In this document: positions 22,585 through 33,100 of the stretch, in pieces
Numbering within the stretch: the stretch's first letter is position 1
How the letters are laid out: every line of letters starts with the position of its first letter
DNA from: Utricularia gibba
Taxonomy: Eukaryota; Plantae; Magnoliophyta
DNA length: 64,000 nt
NCBI GenBank assembly: GCA_002189035.1
Contig: NEEC01000015.1
Location: 1,240,001 to 1,304,000, forward strand
Reading direction: 5' to 3'
The notes under the pieces: generated by a model
Told to the model about the DNA's origin: nothing
The model's input: the letters and a program-made list of their open reading frames with translations, nothing else
The model's database searches: none
Translations under genes and position numbers: made by a program

Positions 22585-24360
22585 ATGGCGGCGAGTTGCT
22601 ACCGGCCTACAGTCACACCCTTAAACCCTGGAGTATCTTCGGTTTCTTTCAAAGTTGCCAATCCATTGCTGAAGTTGGCACCGGGGATTCGCCGCTTTCA
22701 TGGGGTTTCTTCTATACGAATATACGCCCATGATTTGAATTCTTCCTCGGGCAATGTGAACAGGGGACAGAGTTACCGGTGTTTGGCTGGCCGGAGCAAA
22801 GGGAATTCTGGAGGGCCCGGAAGAATTGAGGGATTAGAGGAGCTCCGCCGTGAAGTAAGGCGGAATCTACGAAAGAAGGCTAGGAAGTTTGAGGAGAGCT
22901 TCTTCTATAGATTAAAGAATCCCCACAAAAATTTCCCTGATAAGTTCACGGAGGATGAGCTTCAGATGATTGGTCTGGGGTATGACAGGTTTGTCAAGTT
23001 CATGGGAAAGGACGACCCGAACTTAAAGCATCCTTACGATTGGTACAAGTATGGCGAATTTGGCCCGTATTCTTGGCGTGGGTTGGTGCTGGGTGATCCC
23101 ATTCGTGGAGGTTTTACCGATGAAAGGGTTAGCATGATTGGTACTGTTAGAGATCAGGAGGAATGGGAGAAAATAGAACAGCATGACATGGCTATTGATT
23201 ATCAGGAAAAATTGGACGCTATGGACGAGAGCAAGAGAAAGAGATACTTCTGGGTATTCGTTCGGCATCCAAAATGGCGAGTCTCCGAATTGCCATGGGA
23301 ACAGTGGACTCTGGTTTGTGAAGTAGCTCTTGAGGCTGGCGACCAAAGGCTGGATAAATGGAATCTGATGGGTAGGCTGGGGACCAAGGCTCGATCTTTG
23401 ATCACCCAATGTGCTGCTTGGATGAGACCTGATATAATATATGTCAAGAGGCCGATATTTCAATGCAGGTTTGAACCGCAGGAGGAGTTTTTCGCTGGGT
23501 TAGCTCCAATGCTAGATCCTGAAACCGAGGAAGATTACATGTGTGAGCTTGAGAATGATGATGGAAGCATGGAGTTGTGCACCTACTTTGGTGGTCTGTG
23601 TAAGATTGTGAAAGTGAACCCAAAGGCATTTGTTGATGATGTAGTGAAAGGGTATGAGAAATTGAGCGATGAGAAAAAGTCTAAATGTTTGGAATTTTTA
23701 TTTAACAATCATCCAATGATGCTGCTACATCCTTTCACAAAAGAGTGGAAGTCAAAGCTGGAGGAAATGGAGTTGGGGTGCGATGCCCCCGACGATGAGA
23801 ATGAGCATAATGGTTTGGAAGGTGATACAGATATCCTCGATTGGGTTGAAGACGATGGCAACGATGGGTACGAAGATGATGCTTTTGTCCCTAATGATGC
23901 AGACGTGAAGGACGAAGAATTAGGAATCCAAGAGCAGGATGATGAGGAGGAGGATTCAAATCCTGAACGAGATCCCAAGTATTGGGACGAAGAGTTCAAG
24001 AAGGCAATGAGAAGCATGGAAGGTATGGAGAAGCTTATAGAGAGAACTGCAGATGCAGCTGACAAGCACAATGCAAAACTTTTGGAGTCATTCCCGCAAA
24101 AAAAAGTAGCAACAGCAGCAGCAGCGGGACACCCGAACGAAGAGGAACTCGAAATTCGAGGCAAACGGGCCAAGATAAGTCGCGAGGAGTGGAAGCTGCT
24201 GGGGTATGGCCCTTTCATGAGGAAGATCCGCAAAAGTAGGATCCCTCCTGGGCTGTTCTTACGTGCAGCTGTTAGACCCTTCACTTACAGGAAACTTGTA
24301 AAGGAGATCGTTCTCACAAGGCATGCAATTGTTGAAGGAGACATTCGCCCACTAAAGTGA
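22585..24360 (+). CDS. Intronless 591-aa plant protein of unknown function with a transit-peptide-like N-terminus and an acidic C-terminal region
   Basis: Long uninterrupted ORF. Ser/Arg-rich, acid-poor N-terminus; Trp/Tyr-rich core (HPYDWYKYGEFGPYSWRG); D/E-rich linker. It may correspond to Arabidopsis EMB3120 (from memory, unverified), so the symbol is left blank. Confidence 0.85.
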   Translation: MAASCYRPTVTPLNPGVSSVSFKVANPLLKLAPGIRRFHGVSSIRIYAHDLNSSSGNVNRGQSYRCLAGRSKGNSGGPGRIEGLEELRREVRRNLRKKARKFEESFFYRLKNPHKNFPDKFTEDELQMIGLGYDRFVKFMGKDDPNLKHPYDWYKYGEFGPYSWRGLVLGDPIRGGFTDERVSMIGTVRDQEEWEKIEQHDMAIDYQEKLDAMDESKRKRYFWVFVRHPKWRVSELPWEQWTLVCEVALEAGDQRLDKWNLMGRLGTKARSLITQCAAWMRPDIIYVKRPIFQCRFEPQEEFFAGLAPMLDPETEEDYMCELENDDGSMELCTYFGGLCKIVKVNPKAFVDDVVKGYEKLSDEKKSKCLEFLFNNHPMMLLHPFTKEWKSKLEEMELGCDAPDDENEHNGLEGDTDILDWVEDDGNDGYEDDAFVPNDADVKDEELGIQEQDDEEEDSNPERDPKYWDEEFKKAMRSMEGMEKLIERTADAADKHNAKLLESFPQKKVATAAAAGHPNEEELEIRGKRAKISREEWKLLGYGPFMRKIRKSRIPPGLFLRAAVRPFTYRKLVKEIVLTRHAIVEGDIRPLK

Positions 24361-24629
24361 TAGCTTTTGCTATGTTTGTTCCTAGTTGTCATGTTGTTTC
24401 AAGCCACTGTTGCTGAGTATCTCTGGATCCACGGCTGTTTCTCTGCCGGCAATGAATCAAAAGCAGTAATTTTGAAACGTTTCAAAACGAAAACGAAACA
24501 AGGCGAAGGCTTGATCCCGGGATCTTCAAAGGCAAGTTTAGAAGTGAATTCACCGTCATCTTCTTGTTTTTTTCTGAGTAATTAGGGCTTGAACCCGGGA
24601 TAAGGGGTGCGTCGATGCTTACCAGTAAT

Positions 24630-24637
24630 TAGGGTTT
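24630..24637 (-). promoter_or_regulatory. Telo-box (AAACCCTA) just upstream of the PPR start
   Basis: TAGGGTTT on the + strand, 35 nt before the ATG at 24673. Confidence 0.45.
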
Positions 24638-24672
24638 TCATCGCCCGTTTAGTCCTTCCCTCATTTTGAAGT

Positions 24673-26058
24673 ATGCAGAAGGTGAAAACGATCTCGCCGT
24701 TCAGACTCTCATCGCTTCTCCGTTTACAGAAGGATCCGATTTCAGCTCTTGAGCTCTTCCTCAACCCGAATCCCGATGCCCCGAAAAAGAATTCCAAGCC
24801 CTTTCGTCACTCTCTGTTGTCCTACGATCTCATCATCACTAAGCTTGGGCGTGCCAAGTTGTTCCCTGAAATGCAAAGAATCGTGGAGAAGCTGAAAGAT
24901 GACAAACGCATTGTGCCTGAAGAGATCATTTTTTGTAATGTTATTACATACTATGGCCGTGGCCGTATGCCCGATAAGGCCATAAGGATTTTTCAAGAGA
25001 TCCCTATGTTTAGGTGCCAAAGGACGATTAAATCTGCCAATACATTGCTGAATAGCCTTCTTATGTGCCGGGAATTTGGTATGATGCGGGATACTTTTTC
25101 CTGGATCGAGAAGCATGCTGTCCCTGATGCTTGTACTTACAATATACTGATAAATGCTTGCTTTCTGAGGTCTGATTCCAGTGGAGCTTGGGAGTGGTTT
25201 GATGAAATGAAGAAGAGAGGATGCGAGCCTAACTTGGTGACATTTGGAACGCTGATTAATGGGCTATGTGGGAATATGGAACTGGGACAGGCTTTCGCGC
25301 TGAAGAGATGGATGGAGAGGGAGACGAATATCAGGCCTAATGTGCATATTTATGTGGCTTTGATCAAAGGTCTATGCAAAGTGAATGATTTCAGAAAGGC
25401 TGTTGAATTAAAAGATGAAATGATAAGAAGGGAGGTGCCTTTAGATCCTGCAGTTTATTCTACAATGATCAGTGCCTTCCTCAAGGTTGGTAGTAGGACA
25501 GAGGCATTTGAATTGTTGGAGGAAATGAGGCAGAATGGTTGTAACCCCGATACTGTAACTTTTAACGCAATAATACATGGATATTGTCAAGATATGGATA
25601 TTGATTCTGCTTTCAGGACCTTGTCCGAGATGGAGAATGAGGGGTGCATACCAGATGTGATCAGCTACAATATCATAATTGGTGGGCTGTGTCGTGATGG
25701 GAGGGTTGAAGAAGCTAAGGATTTGTTAGATGACATGCCACGCTTAAGATGCCCACCAGATTTGATAACTTACAAGACGTTATTTGATGGGTTTTGCAGT
25801 GCTTTGGATTTTAAAGCAGCAGCAGATCTTCTAGATGAGATGATTTATAAGGGTTATGTTCCTTGTATCTCTCGTGTATCTAATTATGTAGATGTTTTGG
25901 TGCAAGGGAATAGCATGGAAGCATGGACATTTCTGTTTAGGTTGCTGAAAATAAATCATACTTGTAGATATGTATGGAGATTTTTATGCTGCTTGGTCTG
26001 CAGGGGTTGTCCTGTAGAAGATCTTGAACGGGTTAGCTTACTGATAAAGGCTTACTGA
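24673..26058 (+). CDS. P-class pentatricopeptide repeat protein (intronless, 461 aa)
   Basis: Tandem 35-aa PPR motifs (PDACTYNILINAC, PNLVTFGTLINGLC, PNVHIYVALIKGLC, PDTVTFNAIIHGYC, PDVISYNIIIGGLCRDGRVEEA). No E/DYW extension. Confidence 0.93.
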   Translation: MQKVKTISPFRLSSLLRLQKDPISALELFLNPNPDAPKKNSKPFRHSLLSYDLIITKLGRAKLFPEMQRIVEKLKDDKRIVPEEIIFCNVITYYGRGRMPDKAIRIFQEIPMFRCQRTIKSANTLLNSLLMCREFGMMRDTFSWIEKHAVPDACTYNILINACFLRSDSSGAWEWFDEMKKRGCEPNLVTFGTLINGLCGNMELGQAFALKRWMERETNIRPNVHIYVALIKGLCKVNDFRKAVELKDEMIRREVPLDPAVYSTMISAFLKVGSRTEAFELLEEMRQNGCNPDTVTFNAIIHGYCQDMDIDSAFRTLSEMENEGCIPDVISYNIIIGGLCRDGRVEEAKDLLDDMPRLRCPPDLITYKTLFDGFCSALDFKAAADLLDEMIYKGYVPCISRVSNYVDVLVQGNSMEAWTFLFRLLKINHTCRYVWRFLCCLVCRGCPVEDLERVSLLIKAY

Positions 26059-27449
26059 GTTCACCTCCTTTGAGGACGAGTTGCTCTCACTAAGCTTTGT
26101 ATCACAATTGATCATAGACATGAGCCTCTCTGTGAAATTCATGATAACTTGCATGAGCTGGGAAGGCTGGTAGCTACAGTTTCTGACGAACAAGGTGCGC
26201 CAGAAGAAGAAGAGCATTCTGCCGGACACATCTCAGCATCCAGCCTTCTCACTTGTGTACAAGACGGGCCTCTGACTCATGATGAGTTCATCGATCATCC
26301 TTAATTCTTGGGGAGTTTCTGGTGTTCTCTTGCTCGTCTCAATATGTTTACTCTCAACAGGTTGTAGCAAGAAAGCTTCCTACAAGGCAGACCGGGTTAT
26401 TCTTTGAAAACAAGTTCACTGATTGGGACTCTGATGGAAGGCCTTCAGCCACTTCTCATACAGTCATGCCGGTGCTGCACATGTAAACGCATGAAAGCAG
26501 CTTTGGTTGAGCAGTGAAGTTTCTACGTGGCAGGGGATTCGTCATTGAGGAAGGAGAATCACTCACACTTTACAAGGGAATGCATGGAGTATATATCTGC
26601 TGTTGCTAGTAATGTAGGATTCACTGATGGAAGGTGGAGGGTTTATGTATCAAAACGATGGATGGAAGTAAAGGTTGTCAGTGCTCAGCTCGTTGCAGAA
26701 TTATGAAGTATGCACAATAACATGAAAACATTGGAATCTGAAGCTGAAGCATTCCATCTAAGGCGGCCTCTGCGGATCCTTATTGGTTTTGGATTATCAA
26801 AGCGAAGCCTGGAAACGAAGAAGAGCTGCAACTATTCTGAATCCAGGAAAAGCTGAGAAACCCACCTGCGGATCGTCTCGTGGGGTTCTGGTATCTGACG
26901 GCAATGCTTCGTGATTCAAGACCTCCATCCAAACTTGACAAAACGGCTTCCTTTTTGTACTTCAAAAACGGTGACTTGTGGGGAACGAAGGTTTTAAAAA
27001 TCTGAGGTTGAATATTAGGCTTCCCTTTAGGGCTTGGGTGGGCATGATGTCTAATTGATAATAAAGGCCCATATTATTGGGCCGGGTTGAACCGTGGGGC
27101 AGCCCAAATACAAGTGCAGCAGTAGGAATCTGGGTGTGGGGCCCGCGAGCAGCCAACCCCGCTCTCTGTTTTCTCGATCCTCGAAAACAAAAAGGCTGGT
27201 GGGGGTGAGGGTGAGAGATGAAAATGGCGAAAAGCAGCTTTCACAAGCTTGGCGCAGTTACACAGTGACTAAGCGTCGTCTTTGTGGACTGGGATGGCTG
27301 AGTGAGGGCGCTAAATTTACAAGGTTTTCCTCCTTCCCCCAAGTTCCTCGCCTTGCTGTCGATCCCAAGTGTCGTCAGCTGTTTCTTCTGATCAGAGCTC
27401 TCGAAGTTTACAGCAACTTATTGCGAGGAGTTAGTTTGAATCTGGGCAA

Positions 27450-29602
27450 ATGAGGCTCACCCTCGTCGTCGTCACATTGGCGGCATTTGTACTTGGAGGC
27501 GGGCTGGAGTTGCAAGCTGACGCCGCATCTGCTGGTACTCGTATTTATGCTTTTGCTTCTCTCACTCTTTTTTTTTTTTTTCAAAAAAGGCGTTTGATTC
27601 TGGGTTTGCTGCAGATTTGCCTGCGGTGAAGTTACGCTGTCAATTTTAATGCCATTTTGCTTGTGTTGCTTTATTTTGCCGATTATTTCTTCAGGGCTGT
27701 TGATAAGGCAGTTGACCTCTCTTGTGAAGTGGACTAGGCCTTCCTCGAAAGCTGTTAACCAATTGGGTAATTGTTTTTTTGGTCGCGATTAGCATTGCTA
27801 AGAGTTCTGGTTTTCATCATTCTTTCGCCATAGACTTGCTTTTTTTCACTAGCCGCTTTCTTGTAGATGTAAACGTGCTGCAATTTGAAGATGGGTATCT
27901 AGTAGAGACTGTGGTTGAAGGAAATGATCTGGGTGTCGTGCCGTACTCGATCCGAACATCACGGGATGGGGAACTGTTTGCTGTTGATGCCGTCAATAGT
28001 AACATTGTTCGAATTACCCCTCCACTCTCCCGATGTGGGTGCTCTCTTATTCCATTTGCTAAAATTTTGTCTTTGCTTACGTTGATTCCCATGTTACTCA
28101 TAGAGTGGCTATTGCATCCAAGCAGATAGTAGAGCAAGACTGGTGGCAGGGTCATTTCAGGGTCACACTGGCCATGTTGATGGGAAACCCAGTGATGCTC
28201 GTTTTAACCGTCCAAAAGGGGTTACCGTTGATGAAAAAGGCAATGTTTATGTAGCTGATACAGCAAATCTAGCCATTAGAAAGATTGCAGATGGAGGTAT
28301 ATATAGTCAGCTGCCTTTCTTTTACTGGACACATCAACAAGCATAACTTCTAGGCTAGCTTCTAACATCTTGGAGCATTCATCACAGGTGTGACAACAAT
28401 TGCTGGAGGGAAATCGAATGTTGCAGGATACAGGGATGGCCCAAGTGAAGATGCGAAGTTCTCCAGTGATTTCGATATTGTGTATGTTAGGAGTACATGC
28501 TCTTTGTTAGTTATTGACAGAGGGAACGTTGCTCTTCGTAAGATATCATTAAATCGAGAGGATTGTGATTACCAGAACCACTCAATCGCTCCAACAGGTT
28601 TGTGGGAATCTTGAGTTCTTTCATGATGTACCTTCCTTCAAAAATTAATTCATAGTGAATCCTTGAATTGTCCTTTTCGTGCAGACCTGTTGTTAGTTGT
28701 TGGTGCTATCTTAATGGGTTATATTGCATGCAAGCTTCAGCAAGGCTTTGGTTCCTTCTTTTCTCCCAGGATGGTACATTATCCATATCTGTTATCACGT
28801 TTCCATCTTAATCAAAAAGCTTATTGGTTATCTGTCATTCCTGCAATAATCTTCGCCTTGTTCTTGATTACCAACTTAACTTTTGACTTGTCGATGATGC
28901 CTTCTTCACTTACATCTGCAGGAAGGACATCATGGTGCTAAGATGGAGGAGGAATTGGGAAGTAAAGTGATGCCAGATTCTTCTGATGGTTCTGTGAAGG
29001 AAGAACAAGAAGCGGGTTGGCCATCGTTTGGAGAACTACTGTGGGATGTTATCAAACTCGCACCTGAAGCTATTACTGGAATTGCATCTCAGTTTGCACC
29101 CTCTCTCTTCAAAGAACCCGCCCACAGAGATAGTCTAACGCCACTAAAAGACTCTCTAGTCATGCCTGAAGATGAATCTGAGTCTTCTCCATCTTTGAGA
29201 CAGAGGACTCCAACTCCACTTTCTGAGACCAGGCAGGCTAATGTACCATCTCCCAGCTCCATTCCTAGGGATAGATTTTCTGAAGTCAAAACTCCGAAAA
29301 TGAGGTCTACCAGCTCAAAAGACCGTGCTGCTTTGCCAAGCAAGCACAGGTCATCAAGAAGGCAAGAATATTCGGAATTTTATGGGTCTGGCGACACTCC
29401 TCCTCAGCATGGACAAGTGAGATCTAAGATTCACAAAGAGAGATCAAGGCATAGAGATAAGAACGGGGAGGGGTCATTTGCAGCATCATCTGGAATGGAT
29501 TCAAAGCCTGTTGAGAACAAGGGAAGTAGCTACGACAAAGCCAAGTATGATCCTTACAGTTTCCGGAGCAAATTCAGTGGTGAACCATACCACTTCGAAT
29601 GA
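27450..29602 (+). CDS. NHL-repeat domain membrane protein, multi-exon
   Basis: Signal peptide MRLTLVVVTLAAFVLGG; LQFEDGYLVETVVEG; NHL repeats AGSFQGHTGHVDGKPSDARFNRPKGVTVDEKGNVYVADTANLAIRKI and TTIAGGKSNVAGYRDGPSEDAKFSSDFD; TM segment LLLVVGAILMGYIAC; Ser/Arg-rich tail. Confidence 0.9.
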
Positions 29603-30114
29603 ATAGCTAAGAATGCTTCTTGCTGAACCAATGTATTTAGTATGTCTCTGCCATCTCTTCAACTCTGTTGGCATTGAGATTAGCATCCATGGGAATTGCA
29701 CCTGTTTTTGACTTTATACATCCTCGTGTGATTGCAATTCAAGCCTCTTTCAGATATCTTTACGTCCGTTCATAAATATCACAACCTGTTTTTCATGTCA
29801 TGGGCACCAAGAAACACCAAGATTGTTTCTTTTTACACAAGATCAGCTCGTCAGCTTCAATACAACAGCCGCAAGAAGTTTTCAACTGTCATTGGCATTA
29901 CATAAATCTTCTTTATAGATATATAGAAAATAAGCAATTGGCCAAACTGGCAAACAAAACAGAACAAAGCCTGTGAAATCAAGGAAATTAAAAAGATGAG
30001 GGAGGTTTTATAGACACAACACTTAGAGTAACAGTTCCTCAGAAAAATGAAAAACATTGTAAAATTATTAAGTCAGATAAGTTTTAGCAACATTGATATG
30101 CATATGCAAAACGA

Positions 30115-33100
30115 TCAGAAATCTTTGGTGTGACTGTTACCACCTACATCTCTCGTTGAAACTGTGGCTGAAGAGTCCACCCATCCTGTGACGGAAGTAT
30201 CATGGTCCGAGGTCTCTTCAGACAACATCGACGCTCGTGTTTGGCTGTCTTGTGACACAACTTCAAGAGCCTTGAACTTGCCTTCTTCGTTCTGTGCGCT
30301 GCGCTTGATGACCGGGGCTTGAACTGGGATCTTCCCTTCGAGCATCTTCACCACAGAGGACATGGGGGGCGGAGAGTTGGTGAGGGATTGGCACACAGAA
30401 GTGCCAAGTCTAGCATCCTCCTGACCTCTGTTTTTGAGTAGTTGGAACCAAGGCTGGGATCCACAAGCTCCAACAGGTTGCCTTGCTCGTGCAGAACATA
30501 AGCCTGAACACAGGGTTGGGTACCATTGATTGATTACCAGTGCAAAAATGCAGATGAAACTTAAACTATGCACACAAGTTTACCCAGTCAAGAAGAAACA
30601 CAAACTCCTCCCTTGGCCTGTAGTTAGTGTTGCTTTTTCCGCTGACAATTTCTAGCGCCAGGATTCCAAAGCTGTAGACATCAGCCTTATCCGTCAAATA
30701 GCCTCTCATTGCATACTCTGGAGCCATGTAGCCTCTGGGAGAACACATGATAGGGAAAGTGTGAACATACACACACACAGCACAGAGATTTATATAGAAA
30801 AAAAAAAGGGAAGAAGCTTACATAGTCCCTACAACTCTTGTGCTGATATGAGTATCTTCTTCTTCATCAAGCTTGGCTAAACCGAAATCGGATATCTTGG
30901 CATTCAAGTCCTTGTCAAGAAGAACATTGGTAGCTTTGATATCTCTGTGGACAATTTTTAGCCTCGACTCCTCATGAAGATAAGCAAGGCCTTTGGCTAT
31001 CCCTATGCATATCTTCATTCTTGTTGGCCAGTCCAGCTTCAGTCGTTGCTCGTCACGGCCTAATTAATATACACAACAAACATAAGTATTACATGAGGGA
31101 ATCTATCATGGACACCGTCTCCAGCTTACCAAATATGGCACGAGCAAGACAGTTGTTTTCCAGATATTCATATACCAGGAGCAATTGGTTTGCTTCTATG
31201 CAACAGCCGAAAAGCCTCACAAGATTGGGATGCTGTACGGCAGAGATCACACCGATCTCATTCAAAAATTCTCGGTTTCCCTGCTTTGACTTGGAGGAAA
31301 GCTGCTTGACTGCAATCAGGGTACCATCTGAAAGAGCCCCCTGAAGCAGCAAAGTTTGTTTCAGGTTCATCTAAAGTTGAACCTAAACTGATGAAACCAA
31401 TACCTTAAAAACTGGCCCGAATCCTCCCTCGCCAATCTTGTTGGCAGCATCAAAGTTATTTGTGGCTGTTTTTAAATGTTTCAACGTGAAATACCCTGTT
31501 TGCAGATCAGGTGGTCGAAGATCTGTATCAAGGAATTGACAGGCAAAGAGTTAGGTGCAGAATGAATATCTCAAAATAACTCCTCCAAGAGTAGGTAGGC
31601 TAGAAATATGATACCATTGTCATCAGCTTTTCCTCCTATGATTCCCGTTTTCCATAGAAGAAGTAAAGCAAGCAAAACCGCCACACACGCAGAAACAGCA
31701 ATTCCAGCGATAGCTCCAGCAGGTAGCCCTGTGCTAACGTCAAAGTCTACAAAGAAACACGAAGCCTTGTGATCCAATATGCCCAAGATGAGAAAAAGGA
31801 AAACGTTAAGCTTGAAATAAGAAGATGTACTTGGTGTCACAGCAATGGCAGAAATCAGGGGTCCATACACGCCTCTGTCAGGAATGGCTACTGTCCCTTG
31901 TCCCCTCCAGAATAAATGGATCTCCAGTGTGCTGCCATTCACATTGACATTAAATTCCCTGTATATGCCTCTCCTTACACCACCAGCTTCCCTTGCGATG
32001 TCGAAGTCTGACAAAACCACCTCCCCTACCATGTATGAAAAATGAGGTGACTCATTTTGGAGATAAATATTACAAGTCTCCAGTCTACTCACTTGGATTG
32101 CCACATCAAAAATCCTTCTCCCAAGGCTGCTGAAGTTGGCAGTCTCAGTGAAAATGATTTCTGCAAAATACAGGCGAACTCTGTAGCTACCACTCCGCAA
32201 ACAAAGCCCATAGAACCGGAGAGAAGAAGGGGAGAGGCGTGCAGTTTGGTAAATTTCAGCATCCCCAGATATCATAGCTGAGGTGTTTGCTGCAAGAAAG
32301 CTGGCATCATCATTTCCCATGTAAACACCAGTGCTACTGTACCCCCATCTATTATTATGGCTTTCAAAATGTGACGATCCTTCACTACTCATGTTCTCTT
32401 CATATTCATTGTTTCCAATTCTTGTTGCACGTCCTCCACAGTTTATGAAAAACGAGAACCCTGCAAATGCAGTGAAATCAAGAGCATTTATGAATGAAAG
32501 AATACTCCAACTACAATATTAAGATGTCTTACGGTTTGCATTTCCAGGACAGGGGAGGTCTGGCCTCAAGCACCAATGATTTCTACAAAATAAGTAATCA
32601 TATGTCATGAAAATAAATATGGAGAACCATGATTCAGAATCTAATATATAATTTACAACAACGCACGAGTTACTCAATGTTGAGCTTGATTGACTGGCCA
32701 CCAAATTTCTGCAAAGACACATTAACACTCAAGCTACCAGCATCATCTAAAAAGGTTCTGTCAAATGCATGATTAAAAAAACTTACATGTTGGAAAACTG
32801 GCAACCAACTTCTTGGGACCGAGTGAAGTTGTTGAATGAGAGATCCCTGCAGTGGGAAGTAGGAATGATTCCCCAAGCAATATTTAAGCTATAGAAAACT
32901 GATGCACAGCTCCTTCTATGTTAAGTAGGTAATCAGCGTGTTGGATAACTGTGAGAACTTGGTGGAGAATTATATAAACTCTTACATGTTACGTCTGCTA
33001 TCCAGGATCCAGTCAGGTATTTCTCCTGTCAATGAATTTTCAGACAGAAATCTGCAAAGGAACCAAATAATAAAAATCCTGAAGCAAACAATCTTGAACT

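Noticed and set aside
23709-24284. Long antisense ORFs over real genes (also 11845-12318, 59629-59958, 61111-61924)
   Set aside because: Shadow ORFs produced by the codon bias of the sense genes.
26059-26305. Stop-free stretch of about 76 codons continuing in the PPR frame after two TGA codons
   Set aside because: Needs double readthrough and shows no domain similarity; most likely 3' UTR.
27218-27268. 16-codon upstream ORF (MKMAKSSFHKLGAVTQ) before the NHL gene
   Set aside because: TSS unknown and no resemblance to the conserved-peptide uORFs I know.
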